64,000 bases of DNA from an uncultured Candidatus Rokubacteria bacterium (GTDB taxonomy: Bacteria; Methylomirabilota; Methylomirabilia; Rokubacteriales; CSP1-6): assembly GCA_963754315.1 (NCBI GenBank), contig CAVWFS010000018.1, forward strand, positions 64,001 through 128,000. The letters are read 5' to 3'. Positions 30,517 to 41,423 of this stretch are shown here, piece after piece. Every line of letters starts with the position of its first letter. Position 1 is the stretch's first letter. The notes under the pieces are model-generated. The model made no database searches and was not told the DNA's origin. It worked only from the letters and a program-made list of their open reading frames with translations. The translations under genes were made by a program, and so were the position numbers.

Positions 30517-33500
30517 TCATGTCAGTTCGCTCGCTTGCGCCTCGGTTTCCGCCTGCTCGAGCCAGAAGCGCATGTCCATCTCGCGGTACATCGCCGTCGC
30601 GGTGGTGAGGTGCTCGCAGGCCGGCGCCCGCTTGCCGGTGCGCCGGTAGAGCTTGCCGAGACCGAGGTGGCAGTGGGCGACGAGGGGGCGCATGCCGCGC
30701 GGCTCGGCGAGGGCCAGCGCCTGGCGGTAGTGGGCCTCGCCGCGCTCGGCATCGAACCGGTCGGGATGGGTCGCGATGTCGCCGAGCAGGTGCAGCGCAT
30801 GGGCCGCGAACCCGGGTTGAGACTGATTGGCTTCGACCGCACGGTCGGCCAGGCTCCGCGCCTCGTCGAGCCGGCCGAGCAGCAGACAGGCGCGACCCAG
30901 CGACCGGTAAACCGCGCGGTTACCCGCCACGGACTCCCCTCGCGGCGAGGCGCTCGACGAGTTCCTCGCCTTCCCGGAGCCGGTTCAGCGCCTCGCTCGA
31001 CTCGCCGTGCTGCGCCAAGACCCAGGCAGAAAACGCGAGGGCACCAAGCAGGTTGACGACGTTCGCCGTCCTGAGCACCGCGATCGCGTGCTCGATCAGT
31101 GGGCGCGCCTGTGCCCAGTCGCCCCTCTGGAGGTGAAGCGAGCTCGCGGCCCCGTACGCCATGCCGACGGTGTGCGCATGCTGCGTCGCCTCCGCGAGCC
31201 CGATCATCTCGGCTTCGTACTGAGCCGCTTCGCCGAATCTGCCGAGCTGGGCCAGGCTCGAGACCAGCCAGTGGCGATCGTAAACCGATGTCGGCGCGGA
31301 GCTGCCCAACAAATTCTCGTAGACCCAGTCGGTAGGCAGGGCCTTGAGGTTCTCGGTGGCCAGCTCGATCGCCCGCTCGTAATCGCCCCGGAAGAAGTGC
31401 GCCTGCTCGAGAAAGCTCGTGGTGAGAATGCGGAGTCTCAAGTCCCCGAGGCGCCCCGCGATCTCGCAGCGCGCGGCTCCCGGAGGCAAGCGCTTCGTCC
31501 AGCTCGCCGAGTTGCGAGTGGGTGTTCGTCATGAACGCGCAGACACGGCCCCGCCGGCCGTCGTCGTTCAATCGTTCGGCGAGAACCTCTGCCTCGCGCA
31601 GGCGCGCCAGCATCAACGGGAGTTCACCGAGCCAGCTCAGCACCAGCCGCAGCTCGAGGCGGATGTCGAAAGCCTGCTCGAGCGTGGACTGGTTCTCGGG
31701 GAGCGTTTCGAGAATGCCGAGCGCCTCCTCGAACCTGGCCCGTGCCTCCGGGAGCACCGATCGCGCGGACGCTTTCAGTCCGGACTGGCGGAGATAGTGC
31801 ACCGCCTTCTCTTTCAACTCGCCTCGACGGCGTGATGGGCGAGTCGCTCGATCTGCTCGGCAAGCCGGTCGCGATAGAGCGTCTCGATCGCCTCGACGAT
31901 CCGCGCGTGCATCTCTCGTCGCCGCTCCTGCAGCACGCCGCCGTACGCGACCTCGTGGGTGAGCGCATGCTTGAAGGCGTACTCGAGGTCGGGAAACAGC
32001 CCGGTCTCGTGGAGGAACTCGGCGGCCTGCAGGTGGTCGAGCCCGCGACGGAGCGCCTCGTCCGGCAGCTCAGCGATCGCCCGGAGCAGCGCCAACGGGA
32101 CGTCGACGCCGACGATAGAGGCGACCTCGAGGAGGCGTTTGTCCTCCGGCGGAAGACGATCAATGCGCGCCGCCAGCATCACCTGGACCGTGGCCGGGAC
32201 CTGGACGGGATGCAGGGGTTGCGTCAGCCGATACCGGCCGCGCTCTCCAGCCAGCGCCTTCGTTTCGACCAGCGTCCGCACGGTTTCCTCGAGGAAGAAC
32301 GGGTTCCCGCGATCGACCAGGACCCGCTTGAGCGGTTCCAGCGCGGGATCGTCCCCCAGGAGCGCGTTCAGCATATCCTCGGCGCTCTCGGGCGGCAGTG
32401 TGTCCAGTCTGATTTGGTTATAGGACGCCTTGCTGCCCCAGGCGTGCTCGTACTCCGGGCGATAGTTCACGAGCAGGAGCAGGCGCGCCGATCCGAGGCT
32501 CTCGACCAGGCTATCGAGCAGCGCCTGTGTCTCGACGTCGATCCAGTGCAGATCCTCGAACACGAGAACCAGCGGCTGCACCTGGCTCTCCCGCAGCACG
32601 AGGCGCTTGAGGGCGTCGAGGGTGCGCCGCCGACGGCCGGCAGGGTCGAGCGCCTGCCACGCCCGGTCGTCCACGGGGAGATCGAGCAGTGTCAGGAACG
32701 CGGGAAGGGCGGCCTCGAATGCCGGGTCGAGGGCGAGGAGCTTACCGGTGATCTTTTCACGGATGGCGCTCCGGTCGTCGCGCTCGCCGATTCCGCAGTA
32801 GGCCTTCAGCAGCAGGATCGCGGGGAGATAGGGCGTGGTCTTGCCGTAGGGGACGGCGCCCGCTTCAAGGACGCGCCAGCCGTCGACATACGGCGAGCGG
32901 GTGAACTCCCAGAGGAGGCGTGACTTGCCCACCCCAGGGTCCCCCACGACAGCCACGAACTGGCCGTGGCCACGTCCCGCCGCGGTCAAGCGGTCCCGTA
33001 AGATCTCGATCTCGTCGCGACGGCCCACGAACTGGGTCATCGCCCCCCACAGCCCCAGGCCTCTGCGTTCTTGCCCGGTGAGGCGATAGGGCTGGCCCGC
33101 GCGCCCGTCTCCGACGTCGATCGGGATGAGCTCGAATCGGCGTTCCAGGAAAGGCGCAGCCTCCGCGCTCACGACCGTCTCGTCCGTCCTCGATGGTCTG
33201 CAGGAGCTGGCCGAGGACCGACCACTGCGCGCGCTTCGCCTCCGCGTCGATGTCAACCCTGGCTCTCCGACCGTCCGATAAGCATGTGCGCCACGTGGAT
33301 GCCGATCTTGACCCCCGGCGCCCGGCTCGTACGCTCACCCGCGCGGGCGGCACCTTTGTGGATGGTGAGCGCGGCATGGACGGCGCGCCGCGGCGCATCG
33401 TCGAGCGGATCGACTCCGAACGAGGCCAGGAGGCCGTTCGGCGTCAGCTCTTCGATCCGTCCGCCGAACGTCTGCAGCTTGTCGATCACGATATCAAGGG

Positions 33501-34632
33501 CACGGCTCGTGAGCGACCAGGCGTCGACGCCTTCCGGTTCGACGAGGGTCGCACGGAGCAGCGTGATTCCTCGCTGCTCCCAGTGCGTGCGCGTGCCTGT
33601 CGGCGCCGGTGTCGACGCGACATTCGGCCGGCTGGGTCGACGGAGAGCAGGCTGAGGAAGGCGCTGGCCGCGCACCCCAAACTTCTCCAGACGGGCATAC
33701 AGCGTGTTGCGGGCGATGCCCAGCCGGGCGGCCGCGTGCGAGATGTTCCCCTCGCTCTGCTCGAGCACAGCCAGGAGGTGCTGACGCATCGCCTCCTCTG
33801 GCGTGACGGCCGGGGTGCTCACTCTCGTCGCGGGGGCCGCCGGCGGTGATTCCGCCTCCGGCAGAGGGTCGAGCATCGCGCCGGTGATCACGGAAGACTC
33901 GGCGAACAGCGCCGCTCGTTCGATCACGTTGGCAAGCTCGCGGATATTCCCGGGCCAGGCATACGCGAGCAGGCGCGCCTGGGCTTGCGCGTCGAGCCGC
34001 TTCGGCGGCAGACCATAGTCAACGCAGGCACGGGCGAGGAATCGCTCGGCGAGGAGAAGCACATCGCGTTCCCTGTCCCGGAGCGCGGGAAGGTCGAGCG
34101 TGATCACCGCCAGCCGGTGGTAGAGGTCTTCCCGGAAGTGCCGATCTCGGCGAGCCGCCTGGAGATCGACGTTGGTGGCGCTGATGAAGCAGGCGTCGAC
34201 CGACTCGGGCCGCGTGCTGCCGAGGCGCCGGACCGACCTCTCCTCGATGGCGGTGAGGAGCTTGGCCTGGATGGATTCGGGCAGGAGGCCGACCTCGTCC
34301 AGAAAAAGCGTGCCCCCGTGCGCAGCCTGAAACAGGCCAGGCTTGGCCCGGTGGGCGTCCGTAAACGCTCCCCGCTCGAAGCCGAACAGCTCGGCTTCCA
34401 GCAGCGTCTCCGGGATCGCCGGGCAGTTGATATCCACAAAGGGACCGCCCTTCCGAGGCCCCATGCGATGGACCAGCCGCGCGACGAGCCCCTTCCCGGT
34501 GCCGGTCTCGCCCCGGATGAGCGTCGCCGGAAGGCGCCGGCCAGCCGGCTGGCGCTCCACCAGCTGGCGCAGTTTCTCGCGGACGATGTTGATGGCCGGA
34601 CTCTCACCGAGCAATTGAGCCAGCTCGTCCAT
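30517..34632 (-). CDS. Sigma54 enhancer-binding AAA+ / Fis-HTH / degenerate class III cyclase / STAND-type ATPase / TPR multidomain regulator (~1370 aa; about 5 frameshifts)
   Basis: GETGTGKG, ELFGFERGAFTDA, LFLDE, FREDLYHRL, WPGNIREL, GNISHAAARLGIARNTL; FVGR, GDPGVGKS, FEDLHWID, GNPFFLEE, FKHALTHEVAY; helical repeats to C-terminus; frame breaks near 33260, 33185, 31820, 31465, 30925. Confidence 0.8.
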
Positions 34633-34660
34633 GCGGCTCCTAACCTACTCGTTTGCGCAG

Positions 34661-34706
34661 GTCACTGCTCAGATTTCGGAACAGTCTGAGCACTCTGAAC
34701 AGTGAC
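34661..34706. promoter_or_regulatory. Candidate upstream activator sequence (inverted plus tandem repeats)
   Basis: GTCACTGCTCAGA...TCTGAACAGTGAC 13-bp inverted repeat (1 mismatch) enclosing TCGGAACAG and TCTGAGCAC half-site copies. Confidence 0.55.
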
Positions 34707-34810
34707 GAGCGTGGTGGCTTTCCGCGGAGAATGCTGCGCCGCGGCCGTTCGCGACCAGTAAGTCCGCGCAATACCTGGACGTGCCGTATCAGGTCGCGCC
34801 AGCCCGCGGC

Positions 34811-34826
34811 TGGCACGCCGTTCGCT
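34811..34826 (+). promoter_or_regulatory. Sigma54 (-24/-12) promoter
   Basis: TGGCACGCCGTTCGCT: GG-N10-GC with TGGCACG consensus. Confidence 0.75.
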
Positions 34827-34978
34827 CTTACGGGGAGGCCATGACGAGTCGAGGATCGGCCCTAGCGGTATCGGAATCCACTCGGCAACGTTATGCCTTG
34901 GAGGAGGGGGCATGGACTGACGGAGGAGCCGCAATGAATCGTTTTGAACCCATCACGCCGATCGGAGGGAGGAACGAG

Positions 34979-35417
34979 ATGCGTTCAGTCAGAAGTCTCC
35001 TTGTCGTCGACCGGCACCATGCTTGCCCTCGCCGCCGTCCCATCGGGTGCGGCGGCCACCGACCCCCAACCCTTAGTTATCAACAAGGAATGCAGTGAAT
35101 TCACCGGCCGCGTGCCTAGCTTCTGCACCATTCGTGAGCTCGACGCTCTCGGCGATCCCGGGAGGGACCAAGGTCTACTACTTCGGCCCAGAGATCGACG
35201 ATCCCGACTACACGAGCAGCGTGGTCGTCATCAAGGCAGGGCACGGCAGCAGAGCAACTGGCTATTGCAGCCTCCTTGGTGACCGGTCTCGGAACGTGCT
35301 CATTCTGGGAAGGGACCGGGACGTTAGCCGGGTTCCATGCCGCCGTGCAGGTCACCGCATCTCGGTGGACCTGACTTCACTTGGACCGGGACGTACCGCT
35401 TGGACCGCCGCCACTGA
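34979..35417 (+). CDS. Small secreted Cys-containing beta-rich hypothetical protein; several frameshifts
   Basis: RBS GGAGG; signal peptide ending AAA; segments INKECSEFTG..FCTI, AIPGGTKVYY, ATGYC, GTCSFWEGTGTLAGFHA, FTWTGTY in alternating frames. Confidence 0.6.
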
Positions 35418-35626
35418 GCTGAGATCGAAAGCCACCACCGGCCGCGGACCGCCCGTGGCCCCACGCCTCAATCGCCGTCATGGGCGAGATCGCGGGGGGC
35501 GCGCACCTCTGCCCTGGAGGGCGTGATCTCCGGCTCCCTCGCACCCGCGGGTGGTGCTCCTCTGTACACCGCCGTCATCGAGGCGGGCCTTCGTCATGCG
35601 CTCGATCCGTCTGGGGGGCCGCCGGC

Positions 35627-35740
35627 TGAGGGGCCGGGTTTCGTGGATACTGCAGATCACACGAAAGTGCGGCTGGAGTGTTCTATGGCCAAGCGCAAGC
35701 GGCGAGCGTTCACGAGCGAGTTCAAGGCTGAAGCCATCGC
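35627..35740 (+). mobile_element. IS3-family left-end remnant (IRL plus first codons of orfA)
   Basis: TGAGGGGCCGGGTTTCGTGGATAC IRL-like end, then ATG 35685 MAKRKRRAFTSEFKAEAI, then abrupt loss of similarity. Confidence 0.7.
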
Positions 35741-35815
35741 CTGGTCGGGATCGGTGACGGCCGGCAGCGGCGCGTACTCGACCGCCATCCGAACCAGCGG
35801 GCCGGCGTCCGGGCC

Positions 35816-36262
35816 TCAGCGCTCCTTCAGGCTCTCCGGGGACAGACGAAACGGGTTGACGACCCGGACCGTGCCCAGCATCAGATCGCTCTGGAGATCC
35901 TCGGTGAGGAGATACGTGCAACCGGCGACCTGCGCGGCCGCGGCAATCAACGAGTCCCACCACGAGAGACGATGGCGATCCTGGACGCTCCACGCGGCTT
36001 CGAGGACGCGGGTGTCGACGGTGACCGGCCGCCACGAGAGGAACGAGCGCACGTCCCGCCGCGCACTCTCACGGTCGAGCCCTGGGTCGAGCTTCTCCGT
36101 GACGGTGACGTAGAACTCCTGGAGAACCTGGTAGCTGAGCCGACCCCGTCGGGTTGTCCACAGGTGAGACATCCAGGTCCTGGCCTTCTGGTGCTTCTCG
36201 CCTTCGGAAACGTCACGACTGTAGACCAGGACGTTGGTGTCGACGAAGATCTCACCGGCCAT
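35816..36262 (-). CDS. PIN domain (VapC-like) toxin
   Basis: IFVDTNVLVY, QVLQEF, SWWDSLI, LLTEDL, VVNPF. Confidence 0.9.
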   Translation of the reverse strand: MAGEIFVDTNVLVYSRDVSEGEKHQKARTWMSHLWTTRRGRLSYQVLQEFYVTVTEKLDPGLDRESARRDVRSFLSWRPVTVDTRVLEAAWSVQDRHRLSWWDSLIAAAAQVAGCTYLLTEDLQSDLMLGTVRVVNPFRLSPESLKER

Positions 36263-36487
36263 AGAGATCGGCGCGCCGCGGGTACTTGGTCCCGTCCTCT
36301 TGAGCTTTCGCGCGGGCCGCGCCAGGTACTCGCGCATCGCCGCTTCGTAGCTCTGGTCCTCGAGCATCTTCTCGCGCAGCAGCTCGCCGACCAGGCGGGA
36401 GACGCTGGTGTCGCGCTCGGCCGCCCGGATCCTCGCCCAGCGGGCCACATCCTCGTCGAGAGTGATGGTCACGTTCTTGAGGCCCAC
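36252..36487 (-). CDS. RHH/CopG-like antitoxin; 1-nt deletion near 36290 fuses it to the toxin frame
   Basis: KNVTITLDEDVARWARIRAAERDTSVSRLVGELL; corrected tail KYPRRADLYGR* overlaps toxin ATG. Confidence 0.82.
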
Positions 36488-36493
36488 GATATC

Positions 36494-36514
36494 AGTGTAA
36501 CACGAGAATCGTGT
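36494..36514 (-). promoter_or_regulatory. TA promoter -10 and palindromic operator
   Basis: TACACT 6 nt upstream of the GTG start; adjacent ACACGA-GAA-TCGTGT palindrome. Confidence 0.55.
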
Positions 36515-36725
36515 CCGGCCGGGCCTGGGTGGGGATGCCGTTCGCCCAGACGGGACCACACGGCTGGTTTCGGGGGCACTGCGGATCGCGAAGAATCGGA
36601 CGCCGGCCTGCGTCCGATGAGAACGCGAGGGACATGAAGCCGCTCGATCATTTCAGGCCGAGTCTGGACACGCCCGGCCGGGCACCCTATCATCGGCACT
36701 CCAGTCGTGCGAGCAGGAGGACATC

Positions 36726-38351
36726 ATGTCCTGGACCCGCCGTGACGTGCTCGCTCTCGGGAGCCTGGCCCTCGCCGGCGCCACCCTGGCGCCTTCCCGC
36801 ACCGCGGCGCAGGCTCCGAAGCGCGGCGGTACCCTCACCATCCGCGGGTGGGACCCGCCGCTCTTCGACCCGATGCTCACGACCGCCTATCGGGTGCAGA
36901 TTCCTCTGAGCTTCACGCACAGTCGACTCGTCAAGCACAAGGCGGGACCGTCCGTCGCGCCGGGGACGTTTCCCATCGAGGGCGACCTCGCGGAATCGTG
37001 GACGCAGCCGAACGAGACGACGTACGTCTTCAAGCTGCGCCGGGGCGTGCGCTGGCATCCGAAACCACCGGTGAACGGGCGCGAGCTGACGTCGGCCGAC
37101 GTGAAGTACACGCTCGAGCGCTTCCTGACCGTCAAGGGCAACCCGAGCGCCTACATGCTGCGGGCCATCGACCGCGTGGAGACGCCGGACGCCTACACGG
37201 TGCGGATCGTGTTGAAGGAGGTGAATGCGTGGTTCCTTGAGATGCTCGCCAACCCGATGACGGTGGCCGTGGTGGCCCGGGAGGCGGTCGAGAAGTTCGG
37301 TGACCTCAAGAAGGCCGAGTCCGTCATTGGCACGGGACCCTGGATGCTGGACGGCTACCGGCCGAACGCAGGGCTCACCTTCGTGCGCCACCCGCAGTAC
37401 TTCCAGGCCGGTTTGCCCTACATCGACCGCGTCGAGATGATCGTCGACGAGGACAACGCCTCCCGGATGTCCGCGTTCCTGGCCGGCAAGTACGACCTCG
37501 GGTGGGATCTCCCAGGTGCCATCGGCCGCACCGACTGGGTGCAGATCAAGGAAACACTGAAGCAGCGGCGGCCGGGCCTGCGCTCGACGGAGTTCGTGTC
37601 GAACGTGGAGACCCACATCTCGATGCGTACCGACCAGAAGCCTTTCAGCGACCCCCGCGTGCGCCAGGCCATCTCCCTGGCCATCGACCGTCAGGGCGTC
37701 CTCGACGCCACCGCGGAAGGCGTGGGCATCTTCAATCCCGCCATTCCCGCCGCCTTCAAGGAATGGTCGCTGCCCATCGACCAGCTTGGCGAGGGCGCCC
37801 GCTACTTCAAGCACGATCCCGCCGAGGCCAAGCGTCTCCTCGCCGCCGCCGGCTATCCGAACGGCTTTCCGGGGAGTCTCTGCTTCACCACATACGGCTC
37901 CACGGTGTTCGTCGACACTGCCCAGCTCATTCTCAAGTATCTCAAGGACGTCGGCATCGAGACGAAGCTCGATCAGAAGGAGTATGGCGCCTTCATCGCC
38001 ACCTGCTACTTCGGCAAGTTCGACTCCATGACCTACGGGCCTCAGACACCATTCGTCGATCCCGAGAACTACATCTACGGCATGCACTACCCGGACGAGC
38101 TGAAGAACCAGAGCCACGTGAACGACCCCGTGGTAACCGACTTGCTCGTCCGCCAGCGCCGCACCGCCGATCCTGTCCGCCGCCGCGACGTCCTGGGCGA
38201 GCTGCAGCGACATCTCGCCCGCCAGCAGTACTACGTGCAGCTCGCCTCGCCCGTGACTATCGCGGTGTGGGACGGGGCGCTCAAGAACTACGGGCCGAAT
38301 CTCGGCTACGACTACGGCGGTCGGCTCGTGGCGTCGTGGCTCGATCGGTAG
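36726..38351 (+). CDS. ABC transporter substrate-binding protein, family 5, Tat-exported
   Basis: TRRDVL signal, GDLAESW, FKLRRGVRWH, IGTGPW, DPRVRQAISLAIDR. Confidence 0.92.
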   Translation: MSWTRRDVLALGSLALAGATLAPSRTAAQAPKRGGTLTIRGWDPPLFDPMLTTAYRVQIPLSFTHSRLVKHKAGPSVAPGTFPIEGDLAESWTQPNETTYVFKLRRGVRWHPKPPVNGRELTSADVKYTLERFLTVKGNPSAYMLRAIDRVETPDAYTVRIVLKEVNAWFLEMLANPMTVAVVAREAVEKFGDLKKAESVIGTGPWMLDGYRPNAGLTFVRHPQYFQAGLPYIDRVEMIVDEDNASRMSAFLAGKYDLGWDLPGAIGRTDWVQIKETLKQRRPGLRSTEFVSNVETHISMRTDQKPFSDPRVRQAISLAIDRQGVLDATAEGVGIFNPAIPAAFKEWSLPIDQLGEGARYFKHDPAEAKRLLAAAGYPNGFPGSLCFTTYGSTVFVDTAQLILKYLKDVGIETKLDQKEYGAFIATCYFGKFDSMTYGPQTPFVDPENYIYGMHYPDELKNQSHVNDPVVTDLLVRQRRTADPVRRRDVLGELQRHLARQQYYVQLASPVTIAVWDGALKNYGPNLGYDYGGRLVASWLDR

Positions 38352-38456
38352 GCTGACGGCCGCGGTGGAGGATGGTTGGCGGAGGCCCGACGACGCGTGT
38401 GACCCGTGGAGGCCATCAGCCGGCGAATAGACGGATCTCGCGATGGCTCCTCCGCG

Positions 38457-39606
38457 TCAGCGGCGCGGCTTGTTTGGGTTGATCAGATATTTTTCGCCGG
38501 TCGCTTGCTTGCTGTAGACGGCGATCTCGTCGAGTGCGAGGGCGCCGGCGAGGGAGACTTCCTTTGTATACGTGCTCGCGAACGTGGTCTTGATCTCGGC
38601 GGCGACCCGCTCGCGCAGCTTCTGCGCAGCCTCGAAGCCGATCTTCTGCAAGAACGGGGTGAGGAGCCAGCCGCCGATGCCCCACGCCATGCCGAAAGTG
38701 CGCTGGAACTGGGTCGGCCCCCGGTCGAGGCCCCCGTAGATGTAAACCTGCTTATGCGTGGTGGACCCATAGCGGCTGTATTCCTTGGCCGTCCTGGTCG
38801 CCGCTGTTTCCATTGCCGTGAGGATCTGCCCCGCCAAGGTTCCGCCCCCGATGGCGTCGAAGGCCACCGTGGCCCCGGTGGCGACCAGCGCTTCGGTGAG
38901 GTCGTCCATGAAGGTGGGCGAGCTCGAGTTGCACACGTGAGTGGCGCCTACCTGTTTCAGGACGTCCACGTGCTCACGCTTGCGCACGATGTTGACCAGG
39001 CCCACGTTGTCCTTGAGGCAGATCTTGACGAGCATCTGGCCCGAGATTCGAGGCGGCGGCCGTGTGCACGAGCGCCTTGTGACCTTCCGTGCGCATGGTG
39101 GCGACCATGCCTAGCGCGGTGAGGGGATTGACGAAGCAGGAGGCGCCCTCGGCCGGCGTGGTCCCCGGCGGCAAGACCAGGCATTGCACGGCCTTGATGC
39201 AGCGGTACTGCGTGTACATGGAGCCACCGAGGATGGCGACCGTCTTGCCCATCAGCGTTTGGGCGGCGGGAGATTCGCCCGCCTGGACGACCACCCCCGC
39301 CGCTTCGTTGCCGACGGGCAGGGACTGGTCCAGGCGGCCGGCGATGGCCTTCAGCGCCGCCGGCGGAATGGTCGCCGTCACCACGGGCTGGTCGGCCGTG
39401 CCGGACGCCTTCGCCGTGCTCATGTCCGCCCCAGCGAACAGCAGCCCCTGGTCGGAGGGATTGATGGGGGAGGCGTCGATGCGCACGATCACCTCCTCCG
39501 GTTTTGGCTCGGGCGTGGGAACGCTGACGAGCGAGAGCTCGAGGGTGCCGTCCTTCTTCGCGGTTGAACGAAGCTGAAGTCCCGGGCCTAGGCTAGCGGG
39601 TGCCAT
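38457..39606 (-). CDS. MDR/zinc-binding dehydrogenase family oxidoreductase; frameshift near 39040
   Basis: INPSD, GNEAAG, FVNPLTA, TAAASNLG(QM), FDAIGGG, GEKYLINP across two ORFs. Confidence 0.85.
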
Positions 39607-39820
39607 GTGTCATCGTCTCCAGGTGTCGCGAATCGTGGTGGACATGGCGTTCACTCTACCAAATCGACCTTCCCGCTGGCAGTGGGGGCTGCGTGCCATG
39701 ATTGGCCGCGGCAGTTGGTCTCGGGCCTCGGAGGTAGGATCATGAAGCCAGGTAATCGCGCGCTGAGATGAAAGGGGGAAGGAGGAAACGGGGCGGCGAG
39801 GTTCGCGCCCCTGGCTACCA

Positions 39821-40733
39821 ATGGAGACATCACTGGCAGGCAAGGTCGCGTTGGTCGCGGGAGCAACGCGAGGAGCGGGACGAGGCATCGCCGTGGAGCT
39901 CGGTGCGGCCGGGCGCGACCGTGTACGTGACCGGCCGGACAACGCGCTTCGAGCGCTCGGAGATGAACCGGCCGGAGACGATCGAGGAGACCGCGGCTCT
40001 CGTGGATGACGCGGGCGGCCGGGGAATCGCGGTCCAGGTTGACCACCTCGTGCCCGATCAGGTGTCCGCGCTGGTGGCTCGCATCGAAGCGGAGCAGGGT
40101 GGCCTGCACGTGCTCGTGAACAACATCTGGGGAGCCACCACGATGGAGTGGAACAAGTCCGTGTGGCAGTCGACGTTGGAGATCGGGTTGCGCACGCTGC
40201 GCCTGGCCGTCGACACCCATGCCATCACCAGCCACTTCGCCATCCCGCTGCTCATCAGCAAGCCGGGTGGCTTGGTGGTCGAGGTCACTGACGGAACGGC
40301 CGAGTACAACCTTACGAACTACCGGGTCTCCTTTTTCTACGACCTGGCCAAAGCGTCGAACCTTCGCATGGCGTTCGCGCTCGCGCACGAGCTGAAGCCC
40401 TACGCCGCGACGGCCGTGTCTCTCACCCCGGGTTGGCTGCGATCAGAGGCGATGCTCGACGCGTACGGCGTGACCGAATCGAACTGGCATGACGCGACCA
40501 GGAAGTCGCCCCACTTCGCCATCTCCGAGAGCCCGTCGTTCGTCGGCCGGGCCGTCGCCGCGCTGGCGCGAGATCCCGATGTGTCGCGCTGGAGCGGACA
40601 GTCGCTGTCCAGCGGGCAGCTGGCGAAGGTCTACGGCTTCACCGATCTCGACGGCAGCCAGCCCGATGCCTGGAGGTATGTCCGTGAGGTGCAAGACGCC
40701 GGCCGACCCGCGGACACGACGGGCTATCGCTGA
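39821..40733 (+). CDS. SDR family oxidoreductase; frameshift near 39912
   Basis: AGATRGAGRGIA then ATVYVTGR, NNIWG, YDLAK. Confidence 0.87.
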
Positions 40734-40813
40734 CCCAGCAACAACGAGTTGCGTGGGCCTGCGGCGAGCAACGACGGCTGTCCTTCGCGAATCAGGTTCG
40801 GATCGCTGGCCCT

Positions 40814-41257
40814 CTATCTCGACGGTGCCGCGGGCGGGCGGGGTGTTGGCACCACGATGCCAGGCGCGAGCGGAATCTCCTCCACGGCCGTCACGCGTGT
40901 GACGAAATGTCGGGTTTCGCCGAAACAGCTCGTCGGGAGCCCGATCTTTTGCTCGTAGTGAAGGGTAACCCGCCGCCCCATGAGCTTGTTGATCTGCTCG
41001 GCGACGGCGTCGTTCCGCACCGTGAAGAAGAACTTCTCGGTGGTCGCGCCGGGCATCGATACCATCGCCATCTCGCCTTCCCACGTCTTGCAGATCCAGC
41101 CCTTGTGCGAGAACTTCTGCACCCATCCGGCGCGCTCGCCGGAAGAGTAGCTCCACGCCAAGGCGGCCCAGAAATAGACCGCGACCAGGGACACGATCAG
41201 CAGCAGTCCGACCAGGACGCCCAGCGCGCTGACGCCACGGTGATCGGGCATATTCAT
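40814..41257 (-). CDS. Conserved membrane-anchored hypothetical protein
   Basis: N-terminal TM; YSSGERAG, KGWICKTWEGE, CFGET; RBS GGAG. Confidence 0.7.
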   Translation of the reverse strand: MNMPDHRGVSALGVLVGLLLIVSLVAVYFWAALAWSYSSGERAGWVQKFSHKGWICKTWEGEMAMVSMPGATTEKFFFTVRNDAVAEQINKLMGRRVTLHYEQKIGLPTSCFGETRHFVTRVTAVEEIPLAPGIVVPTPRPPAAPSR

Positions 41258-41423
41258 CTCACGCTCCTCCGCCGGACCGCACGAGGCCCGGATGGCGATA
41301 TCGTAGCCTGGACCCGGTGCCTTCGGGCTCCGGCCAGCGCATGCCGGTCGCATTGACACAGTGTGTCGGTCAGCGTACGGTTCTAGGCGGTTCCGCTTCT
41401 CGAGCTTCACGGAGGAGGCGCGG

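Noticed and set aside
35816..36559. Natural antitoxin-toxin fusion protein
   Set aside because: Adding one G near 36290 restores a typical antitoxin tail and a stop overlapping the toxin start
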